DNA of 64,000 bases from NCBI GenBank assembly GCA_043228905.1, contig JBHGNT010000017.1, positions 11,346,001 to 11,410,000 of the forward strand, read 5' to 3'. The stretch comes from Azolla caroliniana. Its lineage: Eukaryota > Plantae > Polypodiophyta. The translations under genes and the position numbers were made by a program. The notes below the pieces were generated by a model. The model worked only from the letters and a program-made list of their open reading frames with translations. It made no database searches and was not told the DNA's origin. Of this stretch, positions 46,055-60,825 are shown piece after piece (the stretch's first letter is position 1; each line of letters starts with the position of its first letter).

Positions 46055-49000
46055 TGTAGAAAGTAACGTGCGCAAGCAAGTATGAAGACCGAACAGAAGG
46101 AAGGAAACTCAGGTTCAATGGAGAGCTTGCGCTTACGCAGTATACTCGGGAGAGACAGAGAGAGAAACACAAAAAACTATATTCAACAATAATACTCAAT
46201 CTGTACATAAGACATGCTCAGTGAGCACTTTTATACAAGTCCTAGAAGGAGACTGAAGTACTGACAGTACTTCAATGCTCATCAAGAGCTCCTAGACTAA
46301 CTCCCAAATATATTCCTCACGGAATATCTTTCCTAACGGCCTCCCGGTTTATGCACTCGGCCTAACCGATCAGTCCCAACCGATCCGGTCCTTGGCTTCT
46401 TCAGCCGATCTGGCCGATGTTGAGCTTGTCTCTCAACACTCCCCCTCAAGCTCAATTTGAGGCTCTTCGGGATCTTCACAGCACCGGTTCCTCCTGGCTT
46501 CTCGCCTCACTCGCGCTCCTTGACCTGTTCGACTCCGCACGCTTTAATCCTTCCGGTCGGCTTGTCTGCTCATGTGGCCCTCATCAGCTCTTCTGTTGTT
46601 GCGGTGTTGACGCTATCTTCTGCTGCCTTTTCTTCCGCTTGGCCTCGGTTGATTCAGCGTGTCTGAATCAAACATCCGAACCGACTCGGCTACCTCCGAT
46701 CGGTCTTCGCTCTTGTCCGAGTTGGCTGTCTCCAACTCGTCTTCGGTCTTCTCGCCCTCGATAGCGTCATACTCCTCATGCGTGGTTGGCTTCGGCTCTC
46801 TCCTTCGGTTGCTTCCCTTCTGTCCGCTTCCGAACTTTTCGGCGGGTCCGCCCTCGGCTTCTTCAACCGATCCGATGTCGAACTTGTCAACCCACTCGGT
46901 GTCGCGGTGTCCGCTCCTTTCCTGCTGCTTTGCTTGGTTGTTCCTCCCCCTCAAGTTTGGCATGTCTAGGTGACGCAATCCGAGCGCACCTGAGAATTGC
47001 CGCAACTTGTCCAGACCAAGAGGCTTGGTGAAGATGTCGGCAATCTGCCGATCCGTCGGAACGCACTGAAGTTCGACTTCACCGGTAAGGACACGCTCAC
47101 GGACGAAATGGTAGTGCACCTCAATGCGCTTGGTCCGTGCGTAGAAGACGGGGTTCTTCGCGAGTTGGATGCTGCTGAGGTTGTCGCAGTAGATCGTCGT
47201 CGGATCGGACACCTCCTCTCGCAGGTCCTTAAGTAGCCGCTTCAACCATATGGCTTCGCATGTCGCGACAGCCGCTCCTCGGAACTCGGCTTCGGTGCTC
47301 GACAGTGCAACTGTCGGCTGCTTCTTACTGCTCCACGCGATCGCGGCACTCCCGAGGGAGAACGCGTATCGAGACGTGGATCGGCGATCGGCGGCGTTGC
47401 CAGCCCAATCACCATCGGTGTAGCTGACTAACCGCGTGGCTGCACCGGTCCGATATAGCAGTCCCCAGTCCTTAGTGCCGTTGACATACCGAAGTATGCG
47501 TTGCGCACACTGAAGGTGCTCCTCGGTAGGTCGCGCCATGAACTGACTGATAACCCTAACCAGATAACTGAGGTCGGGTCGGGTGATGGTCAAGTATATA
47601 AGGCTTCCGACAATTTGTCGAAACCTCGTAGGGTCGCATACCTTTCCCGTATCGGGACGAAGCTTGACGGTTCTGTCCAGAGGAGTCGAGACGGACTTAC
47701 AGTCAGCCATCCCGAATTTGAAGAGCATACTCAGCACGTAATGACGTTGGCTGATCAATATGCCTTCGGGGTTACGGATCACTTCGATCCCGAGGAAGTA
47801 ATGAAGGTCTCCCAGATCCTTAGGTCGGCGCCGGTGATGACCACGTCATCAACATATAGTAGAATACTAACAGGGCCGAGTCGACCTTTCCGGATGAACA
47901 GGGAAGGGTCCGATTTTGACGTGACGAAACCCATCTGGAGCAGTTGTTGCCTAATCTTCGCGTTCCAGGCACGCGGGGCTTGCTTCGGTCTGTAAAGGGA
48001 CTTCTTCAGTCGGCATACTGCCGTGGAGTTCGTTCCGGAGTGAAATCCGGGGGGCTGTACCATGTACACTTGTTCCTCAAGGTGACCTTGCAAGAACGCA
48101 TTCTTTACATCCATTTGATGTAGGTGCCACCCCTTGGCCGCGGCTACTGCGAGCAAAACACGAACGGTCGTCATTTTCGCGACCGGCGCAAACGTCTCAT
48201 CGTAGTCGATGTTGTGTTTCTGCGCGTAGCCCTTTGCCACTAGCCGAGCCTTGTACTGGTTGACCGAGCCATCGGTGTTGTACTTGACCTTGTACACCCA
48301 CCTACACCCGATCGGTTTTACCCCCTTCGGTGCGTCATCCAGGTCCCAGGTCTCGTTCTCTGCCAATGCGTGCATCTCTTCCTCCATCGCGGCACGCCAA
48401 TTCACGTTTTTAGCCGCTTCTACGTAGCTCTCCGGCTCACGCACTTCCGCTACACGGGTCATGTACGCATAATGATGTGCCATGTACTCGTTGTATCCGA
48501 ACCGCACAACTGGGTTCTTCTGGCGGGTAGATCGGCGTAATCTCACATTAGCCGATGTCGAGGCCTTCATGGTCGACGCGGTCTTCACCTTTAAAAACCC
48601 GTCACCGGTTCCCTCGGAGTCGGACTCGCGTCGGTCTGACTCGTTCCTATCCGTGCCGGAATCCGACACCTTCTTCTTCCCTTTTTCCTTGCGCGTAAAC
48701 CGTCTCCTCGGCTTCCTGCGCGGGGAAAGCCCGACCGAGTCTCGACTACTCGCCGGCTCTTCATCGGACTGGTCGTACCGACCCAGTCGTCCAATCGGTC
48801 AACTTAACCATAGTGAAATCGGACTCTCTTCGCAGGTCTCGATTTCGGGCTCATCCGGAGGCATCTCGGCCTTGCTGACCTCATCGTTAGAGCTCGGATT
48901 GGGGGCAGGGTTCGGAGTCGGGCGCAGGTACCAGGATGCGGACTCGTCAAACACAACGTCAAAGCTGACACGCACTTGTTTGGTGCAAGGGTTATAGCAC

Positions 49001-51653
49001 TTATAACCCTTCTGCTCGTCCAAGTAACCGACCAAGATGCACTTCTCGGCCTTTGCGTCCAGCTTCCTCCTTTTCTCCTTCGGTACATGCACATACGCAA
49101 TGCTACCGAACACCCTCAAGTGTCGCAAGTTCGGCTTCGTTCCGAAATATAGCTCGTGCGCCGACACTTTGTCTCCGATCCGGTTTTGGATGTATACCGC
49201 GGTCCTTACCGCCTCGGCCCAGTAGAACTTAGGCAAGCTCTTCTCCTCCAGCATTGCCTGTGCCGCTTCCACAATCGACCGATTCTTTCTCTCGGCCACG
49301 CCGTTCTGCTCTGGCGTGTATCTACAACTGAATTCGCGCCGAATTCCCATTTGTTGTAGCTAACCGTTGAATTGACCAGAAAAGTACTCTTTTCCACCAT
49401 CCGACCGCAGGCACTTGATCTTTCGTCCCGTTTCGGTTTCCACGAACCCTTTGAGGTTCCGGAAACAGTCGAAGACTTCGCTCTTCCTCTCAATGAGGTA
49501 GATCCACGTGTGCCGCATGTGGTCGTCGATGAAGGAGACGAAATATCGGCTCCCACCAAGACTAACGTTTTGTGCCGGCCCCCACACAGCGGAGTGTATA
49601 AGGTCGAGTTTGTTCCGGCTCCGGTTTCGCTCGTTTGGGAAGGGAAGTCGCTGTTGCTTCCCGAGCTGGCAGGCTTCACAAATTTGTGCCTTTCGGCCAC
49701 TAAATTTGGGCAATCCGAACACTACCTGTTTCGATTGCAGATCTTCAAGCTGTTGGTGGTTGATGTGGCCTATCCGCTTGTGCCACAAGTCGATGTCCGA
49801 CTCGGTCTTTTGTCCCTTCGCGAACATTGCGGTGCCGCCATCAGTGGAGTCGAGGATGAACATCCTCCCGTCTCTGCGCCCTTGCGCAATCACACGGCCT
49901 TCTTCCTCAATGAAGCACCCGAGGTGTGTAAACCGAACCTCCATCCCTTGGTCGACGATCTATCCGACTGAGACCAAGTATTCCGTGATCGTCGGAACGT
50001 GCAGTCCATTCATGAGTTTCCCTTTCTGGCTGACATGGCTAAGGGGAACTTCTCCGACATTCGCGATCGGATGCGGAGTGTCGTCTCCTGTTGCGACTAC
50101 TCCAGGTTGTATCGGTTTTTCAAGGTACGAGAACCACTCCTTATGGCTCGTCATGTGGTTTGACGCGCCGGAGTCTACGTACCACACCTCGTCTGATCTC
50201 GGGGTGGTCTGCTTCATTGAGTTTGCTTCGTGTCTCGTCACGAAGGCAATCCCTTCTCCGGCTCTCCCGGAGTCTTCGGCGTAGTGCGATCGCTGCCGAT
50301 TTCCCTTGTCGGTATGTCTGGAGCCATTCCCGAAACCAGGTCTCTCCGAATCGGCGCGCTTCTTCCAGTACTCACTTTCCTTGTGGCCTTTCTTGCCACA
50401 GTACCAGCACTCCGCGATGGACTTCCCCTGCCGGTTCTTATCGCTTTGACTTCCCCTGTTTCCGGAAGGTCTGGAGTTGTTGTCGGCATCACTTCGGTGC
50501 CTTCTTTCTTGATCTCGTCGGCCGCCTCCATTGCATGACGACTCGCCTCGTCCTCCACGTCCACGGGGCCTATCTCCCTCCGTGTACAGCATTCTGCTCT
50601 CGGTGTGTGTGCTTGTAGACGCACCCGCGTGGTTCTCCTCTACCAGGAGCATCGACTGTAAGTCGAAAAAGGACGGCGTATTCTCCCGGGTACACACAGC
50701 CAGTCGGAACGCTCCGAACTTCGACGCCAAACCTCTGAGACAGATGTGGACCATCTCGCTCTCCTCGATGTTCACCTCTACGGAGGCGAGCAAGTCGCAG
50801 ATATCCTTGATCTTCGAGGTATAGTCCGCCACCGACAAGTCGCGTTGTCATAGGTTGCTCAACTCTTGTCGGAGCTGAAGCTTCCTAGCTGTGGTGCTCG
50901 CGGCGAAGATCTTCTTCAGATTTTCCCAAGCACCCTTCGGCGTCTTTGCATCCCAAACATAGCTCAATAGTTGTTCGCCTACACACGAAGCGAAGCAGTA
51001 TAATACCCTGCTCGCCGATTGCTCCCACGACGGAAAGTATCTGTGTGTCGATTCGGGTGCCGCGTCATTAGCTCCTTCGACATAACTCCAGTAGTCGTGC
51101 CCGAGCAGGTACTGGTGCATCTTGTAGGACCAAGACGCGTAGTTGGTTTTGTCGAGCTTCTCTTTTGGAAGCGAGCTCGCCATGCGTCTATCCATCTTTC
51201 CTCTTGTTCTACTTCGTCAAGCTGTGTCGGCTGCAGAGAGGTTCTCAACCCTCGCGCTCTGATACCATGTAGAAAGTAACCTGCGGAAGCAAGTATGAAG
51301 ACCGAACAGAAGGAAGGAAACTCAGGTTCAATGGAGAGCTTGAGCTTACGCAGTATACTCGGGAGAGACAGATAGAGAAACACAAAAAACTATATTCAAC
51401 AATAATACTCAATCTGTACATAAGACGTGCTCATTGAGCACTTTTATACAAGTCCTAGAAGGACTGACCGAAGTACTGACAGTACTTCAATGCTCATCAA
51501 GAGCTCCTACACTAACTCCCAAATATATTCCTCATGGAATATCTTTCCTAACGGCCTCCCGGTTTATGCACTCGGCCTAACCGATCGGTCCCAACCGATC
51601 CGGTCCTCGGCTTCTTCAGCCGATCCGGCCGATGTTGAGCTTGTTTCTCAACA
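46055..51653 (-). mobile_element. Full-length Ty1/copia family C1 element (LTRs 51268-51653 and 46055-46438, TSD CATAG)
   Basis: CATAG at 46050-46054 and 51654-51658. PBS TGGTATCAGAGC at 51256-51267. gag-PR-IN-RT-RH spans 46613-51183 with several stops and a small deletion in RT. Confidence 0.96.
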
Positions 51654-52032
51654 CATAGGATGTGCTCAGTGAACACTTTTATACAAGTCCATACGGACTG
51701 ACAGAAGTACTAACACGTACTTCAATGCTAGTAAATGAGCTCTACACTAACTCCCAAAATATATTCCTACGCAGAATATCTTTCCAACAGCCTCGCGGTT
51801 TATGCACCGGTACGGTTTCTTGTTGCGCACCGGTTTGCGCACCAGTCCAGCCTAACCGATCGGTCCCAACCGATCCAGTTCTCGGCTTGCACAGCCGATC
51901 CGGCCAATGTTGAGCTTGTATCTCAACACTCCCCCTCAACCTCAACTTGAGGCTCTTCTGGTTCTTCTGGATCCCCGTCGTGTTCAATTCCGTGCGCCTC
52001 GACCCTTCCGATCGGCGTGTGTGCTCGTGCGG

Positions 52033-55000
52033 TGTCGCGTTACTACGCGCATGCATGGAGAAACGAGGCGGGACCACCGGGGTCTTGAACCGAAGAGCAG
52101 GTGATAGAAGGGGAAAGAGAAAGAGAGAGACTCCCGGTTGTGTATGAGCAAAGGAACACAGGGGCACGGCCCGTCAGCGCAGAAGGCACGAACGAACACA
52201 GAGATAGAGAGACACGAATGTGTATATATTAACGAATAACAAAATAAACAACAGAGCACGCGAGCGGTTACAACCGAATAGGTCGGCGAACAGATGCCGA
52301 TGCCTATTCGTCTGCGCACGAAAGGGAAAAAGGATGGAGGTGCTGCCGGAAGCACACGGGCGTTCCTCGAAGCAGCGCGAGCCTCCCGAAAACCTGCAGA
52401 GAAGAGCGATGGAGAACAAACAGAGGAGAAGCGTTCGGTTACGGTCCGACAGCACTTTGTCCTCCTCAATGCGCGATCCCTTCTCCCCGTGTCCCCCTCT
52501 CTTTTATAGATTCAGGAAGGGAGCCGTCTCCCTCATTTACTTCCTACCTGCCGAATCTAACTACCCCGGATATGCCTATGTACCTAATTCCCTATTATAT
52601 ACATTAAAGGGGGGCGCACGCGTGAAGAGCCGGTTCATGCGCTCTATGCACCGTTTGCGCTAAGGGACGGTTTTCTTCACGACATCCGCCCCCACCTAAC
52701 CACGCATCCACCGGTATGTGCCAAAATTGTGCTCTGGTCAGAGAAAACCGGTCCGAGTTCCGGTTCTTCGTCCATCGGTTCGTCCTCCGTTTCGGACTGT
52801 TGGTCGTCGCTGTCCAGGCCTCTTAGATCCGGTTCGCCGTCGTGGCGCGTCTTGAACGCTTTGATCCGCTTCCCTACTACTGGTATCGCCATCCTCATAC
52901 CGTTGAGTTCCGCTAGATGATACGTCCCGTTGTCGTTGGCGCTCGTTACCACGTAAGGCCTGAACCACCGCTTTGCAAACTTCCGTGTTGCTCGGTGCTG
53001 GTTGTCGAGGCTGCTGTCGTAGACTAGCACCCAGTCGCCTTCCTCGATTTTCTTCGGTCAGAGCCGGTGCGTTCGGTCGAACCGGGCTTTGTTCTTCATC
53101 CTCGCCGTCCGAAGTCTCTCCGCCGCTCGTTCCACGTCCTCTGGCCTCTGCTCGAGCTGCCGTATACGCGCCGCTAGCAGTTCTTCCCAACTCATCTCGT
53201 CTCTCCAGTCTACTGTCACCCAAGAGGAGATCGTCTGTTCCATCGGCATGATCGGCTTTTGTCCGAACATGAGCTCTGACGGCATGAACCCGGTTACCGA
53301 ACTGTGCGTTGTCCGGTCCGCCCACAAGGCATAAGGTAACAGTCATGGCCAGTTCCCGACCTGGCCTTCGCACGCCCGGACTAGCGCTTTCACGATCAGT
53401 CCATGCCCGCGCTCCACCTTCCCGTTCGTCTCCGGATTGTACGCTGTGGTGAGCGAGAGCTTGACCCCTAACCAGTCGAACAGCTCCTCGGCCTCTTCGG
53501 CGTCCAACTCCCCGCGGTCAGCCACGATCTTCCCGACCCACCCGTACCGGCATATCACGTCCTCGATCAGGAACCGACACACGGCCGCGGTTGTTTTGTT
53601 CTGCAAGGCTCGGCCTTCCACCTGGTTCGTCAGGTCCTCCCGGGCCAGCACCAGATATCGCATCTGCCCTACGCCCATCGGCATCGTCACCAAATCTACC
53701 ATCCATTTGAAGTGGATGGCTGGAGGGTATGTAGGGTGAAGCTCGTCCCGATGTCGGACTATGGAGTGTGTCTAACAGCTCTCACAAGTCGTCACGAACC
53801 GATGTACTTCCCCTTTAGTTTCTCGAACGTGGCCCACGTCCCACGGTGTCCAGCCCAGGGGCTGTCGTGGTAGGCCTTCAGCAACTCCTCCTGTTCCTCC
53901 TCCATCGCCACTACTCGGAGCGGGATGCCGTTTCTCTTCTTCGGGTGCTTCCACAAGTATCCGTCCCGGAGAAAGAATCGGTATGCTTTCTTTCGGATCC
54001 GGTTGGCCTCGTCCTTTGTCCATGACGCGTCCGGCATCATCGTCCTCAAGAATCCCCCAATCTGCAGCCACTCCCCGTCGTACTTGCTCTCGTTGAAATC
54101 GTTAAGCGCCGGAGTGCTCCCCCCCTCGGTTGTTACGTAAGCCGCCTCGAAGAAGTCCACGCTGACTTCCTCGTCCTCCGAAACCATGCCGCCCTCATCG
54201 TCGAATCGCGCCCTCGAAAGCATGTTGGCCATGGCATTGTCTTTCCCAGAAATGTGTCGTATTTCCGGATCCAGGGACTTGATGTACGCTATCCACCTGA
54301 GCATTGCCAGGTCCGGGGTTGCGCATCCGGAAACCATGCCGAGAATCGGCAGGCAGTCCGTCTCGATAATCACCTCTGTCCCGATCAGATAGTCTTTATC
54401 GGCCTTTACCGCCAAAATGATACCCCACAGTTCGCGTTTAACCTGGGCGTATCCTCGTTGCCGCTCGCTGAGGACCTTCGCGCCGAACCGGATTGGGAAC
54501 CGAATATCGTCCTCATCTTCTTGGTTGACGACCCATCCGATCCCGGTCGGGCTTGTATCTACCGTTATGTAGATGGGGGTGCCCTTCTCGTAGACAGCCT
54601 TCCGGAGCACCGGAGCTGCAACAAGAGCCTCCTTCATTTTTCGGACCGACTCCGTATGCTCGACTCGCCACTCGAATTTTCGCCCCCTTTTCAGCAACCG
54701 GTATAGCGGCTCGACAACGTGGGCGTAATGCGGGATCCATATGTGGTAGAACGCGCATGCTCCCAAGAACCTGCACACCTCCGTGACTGAGTTACAATCG
54801 GGCTTCATTGCGGAGATGGCTTCCACCTTAGCCGGAGACGGTTTCCGGCCATACGGTCCGCATAGATGTCCAACGACCATGATCTCTGGTTGCCCGAAGG
54901 CCGATTTCTCCCCGGAGAAGGTGAGCCTCGCGTCCTCTAGCCTCTGCAGCACCCTCTCACAGTCGTCAATGTGTGTCACCACGAATCTCCGGCATCCGTC

Positions 55001-58000
55001 CGGTCCGATCGTTTCATCCTTTTCCTCCACCGGACATCCCTTGATCGGGATGTCGTCCAAGAATAGCATGGTGATGTCCGGGATACAATCCCTCAGCACC
55101 TTGTTCATCGCATTCACCATGTGGGCCACCGAGTTCGTCCCTCCTTGTGGCAGGGTACACATCCGTACTAGGCCGAGAGGAGTCCGCATCGTCGTAATGT
55201 CTCTGCTCTCTACGGCTAGTTGGAACTGATCGTACCCCGAGTACAGATCTCCGACCGAATAGATCGACCTTCCGGCGAAAGCCTCTGTGAACTCATCTAT
55301 AGTTGGCCCGATTCTTGCGTTCCGAATGGTCACTCTGTTGACCAGTTGCAGGTCTTGAATGAAGCGCAACGTCCCGTTCTTCTTCGGTACTGTAAACCAC
55401 CGGTTCGAGTACGGGGCACTCGACGGTTCGAGGATGCCCATATCGACTTTCTGCTTTAATAGCTCCATCAACTCCGGGATGTGAGCTCTCGGTACCGGAA
55501 TTGGTTTGAGATTCCACGGCACATGCGGTACCGTGAATATCACCATCGGCTTCACGACTGTTGGGTCTACGCACCCGATCTCTCCCGGCGAGAATGCGAA
55601 GGCTTTCCCGTGCCTTCCGAGCATTCTCCGAAACCGGTCATCTTCCGCCGGCAGTAGGAACCCGCCCCCACCGATTTTGAGCTCCCGTAGCGTTCTGTCG
55701 GTGAAGGCATGCCCTGTGCAGGCCGGATCTCGTAAACTGGGGTCCGACGCGACCCCCTTGATTCGCAACTCGCCGCCCTCCGGTAAGGGTGCCACGACTG
55801 GCCTTACCTTCCGGTCCACAGTCTTGTACTTCGTGTTAACCCGGGCCGCCCGATCCGACTCGAGCCCTCGACTGAAGTCCGCAATGACTTCGTACATCTC
55901 TTCCGAACAAACCGGTATCGTCCGGTCCTCCTTAAGCCCCTCTCCGACCACCTCTCGCAGTATTCCCAAGGTATCGTCGAAGGAGACCGCCTCCACGGCT
56001 CCGTTGATTTCCTCGTTGGGCCCGAGAACTCTGCACGCCCGAAGTCGCTCTTCCGCCCTTGTCTTTTCTCGGCCTATGACGCCGACTATCGTACACCCTC
56101 CGTTCTGGGAGAAACAAAACTTCCTACTTATGGTACAAGGTTTCTTCGGTTTCGCCTCTATCGTACATTTGTGGGGTTTTCCCAGAGTTTCCGAACTGTC
56201 GCGGCCCCACGCCTTGACAGCCCTCTCTAAAAATCCTCTTGGTTCTCGCCACCGAGGGACTCGCGGTTTCGCTCTTGGTTAAGTCTCACCGTCAGGAACT
56301 GGACTGAGTGACACTCGTCCTGACTCTTGACCCTCGCGTAAGCCGACCCGTTGTCCAGCACCTTGGTCTCCATTTGCGCTGCCGTAATGTACGGTTCTCC
56401 CAGTATGACCGGGTGCGAGGACGTCTCCTACACAAAGAAGTGCGGGTCTATCTCAACGTCGCCGATCTTGACACGCACGTTTGGACAGGCCCCGTGTAGG
56501 TCCTCGGTGGCGCGCGTCGCCGCCCGTATCTTCCACCCGTGCTTTTTGTTGATCGGCCATTTCCCCTTCTTGTAGAAGTCCATGGACATCAAGTTTATTT
56601 CCGAACCGTGGTACACCAGCGCCACCACCGGTTCCTGAACATCTCCGATCTTCACCGGGGTTTCCGTGGTCGCTCGGGCCCAGTGTGGCCTCGAATAGTG
56701 GCTCTCCGCCCACTCGTCTTCAAGCGCCATGTCCTCTATGTGCGCCGTCCGCACCTCCACCGGCCTTTCCGGTTCTGCCTCCGTCGACAGCCTCTTCCTC
56801 TTCACCAAGTCTACGATGGAGTCGTGGAACTCCTTCTTGGCGATTCCGAGCACCTCCCTCAACGACAGTTCCACTTTGCTGTCGAGGATTCGTTCTTCCA
56901 GGACCTTTCGTAGGTCCGTGGTCCTTTCAATCTCTGTGCCCAAACGGTATCCGCCCTTCTTGTGGTTATCCCGGCCACTGGACTCACCGGCCTCGTTCCG
57001 TTTCGGCCCGAATCGGGTTTCGTATCTCTCTGAGGATCCGGCCCCTCCGGTTTTACCTACCCGTTTGTCTTCAACCAGAGCCTCGTAGTTCTGGCAAGCT
57101 GCTTCAACGAAACCCGTCTTTTCTTCGACCGGGTCACTCCACCCGGTTACCTCCTGGACCCGCTTCTCCGCGCGGTCCGCCTCGTCTCTCTTTAGTCGGG
57201 CACCGGCGAGGCCTTCCAGCACCGTCGGCCAGAACCCGGCTTTGCTCTCCTTCCGGGCCTCGCTGCCTCCGACCCGAATACCGGCTGACGCTGAATAGTG
57301 GACGGTCTCCGCGTGCCGGGCTGTCGCCTCTTCCATCAGCCTTTTCATTCCTCCCCGCCCGTCGTTTCGGTTCAGGGCCCTCCGGGTATCGCTGGCGTGC
57401 ACCCGACCTTCCCACAGGTACACTAACCGGCTTCTCAAAGCCTCCGCAAAGTCCCCGCAGTCTTTCCAGATGTGGCCGACCTCATCGCACCACATGCACC
57501 TATTTCCTGCCGGAGGCCGTCGGTCACGAGCCTAATCGCCGCCTGGGCGATCTGGAGATCCTTTACCGCCCTTGTCAACTCCTCCAAAGTTGTCCCCCCG
57601 GACAAGCCTCTGACCACGCCGGTCGGAGCCGAACTGGTTTCAGGCCACCCCCGGGTCTCTTCCCGTCGCGCCTGCGGTATTGGTTCGAGATTCCTTGCTG
57701 CGACAGGGCCCGCCCCGGTCGCCCCTGTATCAGCCCACTCCCACCGTTTGTCAAAACGGCCGCAAACTCTTTTTACCGCGGCCCAGTCAGCCGTCAGCCC
57801 GTCTTCGGTTTCCAGTAAGGAGCCCACTTGCTCCCGATCCCGTGCATCAACCGATTTGACAAACAGTAGGACACGACTCGTGTCCAGAACGGTCCGATCG
57901 AGCGCTGAAAGGCGTGCAAAGCGTTCCTCAAACTCCCGGAGGAGTACCGACGCATTTCTTCCTTTGTTGGGGGACTCCACCCACTCCATGAAGCCCCGCT

Positions 58001-58969
58001 TCGAAAGTCGAAGTGCGTCATCCAACCCGTATTTCTCCAGGAGCCGTCCTTCGAACTCCTCCCAGGTCCGGCTCTCCGCCCGAACCTCGAGCACCTCCGC
58101 ATGGATGCCCGGCATCGCCACTCGAGGGAATCCGGCAAGATGCCTCTCTTCCGGAATATCCCTCATCAACATCTCCGCCTCAATAGCCTTGTCAAGGGCC
58201 CCGGTGCCCTCGCGCGCACTCACTATCCGGTCCACGGCCGAAGCCATGGCCTCTGCAAGATCCGACCCCCTCATCTTCTGCTCCTCTGTCGCCTGTTTCA
58301 CGTCGGGTTCACCAAATATGTCGCGTTACTACGCGCATGCGTGGAGAAACGAGGCGGGACCACCGGGGTCTTGAACCGAAGAGCAGGTGATAGAAGGGGA
58401 AAGAGAAAGAGAGAGACTCCCGGTTGTGTATGAGCAAAGGAACACAGGGGCACGACCCGTCAACGCAGAAGGCACGAACGAACACAGAGACAGAGAGACA
58501 CGAATGTGTATATATTAACGAATAACAAAATAAACAACAGAGCACGCGAGTGGTTACAACCGAACAGGTCGGCGAACAGATGTTGATGCCTGTTCGTCTG
58601 CGCACGAAAGGGAAAAAGGATGGAGGTGCTGCCGGAAGCACACAGGCGTTCCTCGAAGCAGCGCGAGCCTCCCGAAAACCTGCAGAGAAGAGCGATGGAG
58701 AACAAACAGAGGAGAAGCGTTCGGTTACGGTCCGACAGCACTTCGTCCTCCTCAATGCGCGATTCCTTCTCCCGTGTCCCCCTCTCTTTTATAGCTTCAG
58801 GAAGGGAGCCGTCTCCCTCATTTACTTCCTACCTGCCAAATCTAACTACCCCGGATATGCCTATGTACCTAATTCCCTATTATATACATTAAAGGGGCGC
58901 GCACGCGTGAAGAGCCGGTTCACGCGCTCTATGCACCGTTTGCGCTAAGGGACGGTTTTCTTCACGACA
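52033..58969 (-). mobile_element. Full-length Ty3/gypsy copy G4 (LTRs 58319-58969 and 52033-52684, TSD GCGG/ACGG)
   Basis: LTR direct repeats, tRNA-Trp PBS at 58297-58314, and PPT TAGGTGGGGGCGGA. gag-pro 56227-58274 has deletions; pol spans 52677-56236. Confidence 0.96.
56171..56236 (-). promoter_or_regulatory. Putative -1 ribosomal frameshift signal (G4 copy)
   Basis: GGATTTT-TAGAGA-GGGCTGTC/GACAGTTC, with loop GTGGGG complementary to CCCCAC. The -1 frame is open into ORF 53792-55996 with no ATG before 55996. Confidence 0.8.
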
Positions 58970-60825
58970 ACGGCCCTTCTTATCTTAGCTCCCTTGCTGT
59001 CGCGGTGTTGGCAGCCCTTCGGTTGCCCTTTCTTCCACTTGGACCTTGGTTGATTCGGCGTCTCCGAATCAAACATCTGAACCAAATCAGCTTCCTCCGA
59101 TCGGTTTTCGCTCTCGTCCGAGTTGGCTTCATCTCCCCCATGCTTGGCTAGCTTCAGCTCTTTCTTTCAGTTGCTTCCCTCACGTCCGCTTTCAGACTCT
59201 TTCGTGGATCCGCCCTGGGCTTCTTCAACCGACCCGAAATTGAATTCGTCATCCGACTTGGCATCACGGTCTCTTCCGCTCCTTTCCTGCTCCCTTCCGT
59301 GGTCTTCTAGGACTTCTCTCCCCCTCAAGTTCGGCACATCGAGGTGTCGCAACCCAAGCATACCCAAGAACTGCCGCAACTTGACGAGACCAAGGGGCTT
59401 GGTGAAAATGTCGGCGGTCTGCCGATCCGTCGGAACATACTGAAGTTCGACTTCACCAGAGAGGACACGCTCGCGGACAAAGTGGTAATGCACCTCAATG
59501 TGCTTAGTCCGGGCGTGGAAGACAGGGTTCTTCGCTAACTGGATGTTGCTGAGGTTGTCGCAGTAGATCGTCGTCAGATCGGACACTCCTCCTGCAGATC
59601 CTTAAGTGGTCGTTTCAACCAGATGTCTTTGCATGTTGCGACGACCGTTCCTCTATACTCGGCTTCGGTGCTCGACGGTGCAACTGTCTGCTGCTTCTTG
59701 CTACTCCATGCGATCGCGGCGCTCCCAAGAGAGAACGCGAATACAGATGTGGATTGTCGATCGCAAGCATTTCCGGCCCAATCAGCATCGGTGTAGCCGA
59801 CTAACTACGGGGCAGTATCGGTCCGATATAGTAGCCCCCGGTCCTTAGTGCCACTCACGTACCGGAGTACGTGTTGTGTGCACTGAAGGTGCTCCTCGGT
59901 TGGCCGCACCTTGAACTAACTAATGACACCGACGGGGTAACTGATGTCTGGTCGAGTGATAGTCAAATATATGAGGCTTCTAACAATCTGTCGAAACCTC
60001 TTCGCTCGCAAACCTTTCCGAAGTCGGGGCGAAGCTTGACAGTTCTATCCAGAGGAGTCGAGATAGACTTACAATCTGTCATCCCGAACTTGAAGAGCAT
60101 ACACAGCATGTAATGCCATTGGCTGATCAATATGCCTTCGGGGGTACGGATCACTTCGATCCCGAGGAAGTAATGAAGGTCCCCTAGTTCCTTCATGTGA
60201 AATGATGCCGCGAGTTAGAGCTTTACACGGTCAATTTCACCTAGGTCGGCACTAGTGATGACCTTTTCGAATAAACAACGAAGAGTCCAATTTGGAAGTC
60301 GCAAATCCCATCTGATGCAATCACTGCATGATTTTCGCATTCCAAGCACGTGGTGCTCGCTTTAGTCCGTAAAGGGACTTCTTCAACTGGCAGACCGCCG
60401 AGGTGTTCATTCCGGAGTGAAATCCAGGGGGTTGTACCATGTACACTTGTTCCTCAAGCACGCCTTGCAGGAACGCATTCTTAACATCCATCTGATGTAA
60501 ATGTCACCCCTTCGCCGCAGCTACCACAAGCAAAACACGGACAGTCATCATCTTTGCGACCGGCGCAAATGTCTCATCGTAGTCGATGTCGTGTTGCTAC
60601 GTGTAGCCTTTCGCTACTAACCAGGCCTTGTATCGGTTAACCAAGCTATCGATGTTGTACTTGGCCTTGTACACCCACCTACATCTGATCGGCTTCACAC
60701 CCTGCGGTGCGTCAATTAGGTCCCATGTTTCATTCTCCACCAATGAACGCATCTCTTCCTCCATTGCAGCATGCCAATTTGCGTCCTTCGTCGCTTCTCC
60801 GTAGCTCTAGCTCTCTAGCTCACGC

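Larger units (their letters stand above)
45886..60825 (-). mobile_element. Older C1-related copia (3' LTR 45886-46054 + 51659-51928; internal 51929-52032 and 58974-60825) hosting two nested elements
   Basis: The LTR halves rejoin across TSD CATAG. PPT at 51929. RNase H and RT remnants at 59167-60800. Confidence 0.8.

Noticed and set aside
55506-58374. Long antisense ORFs over gypsy and copia coding regions (e.g. 56685-57818, 57472-58374, 49508-50284)
   Set aside because: Shadow ORFs expected from GC-rich codon usage. They have no motifs and their boundaries differ between copies.
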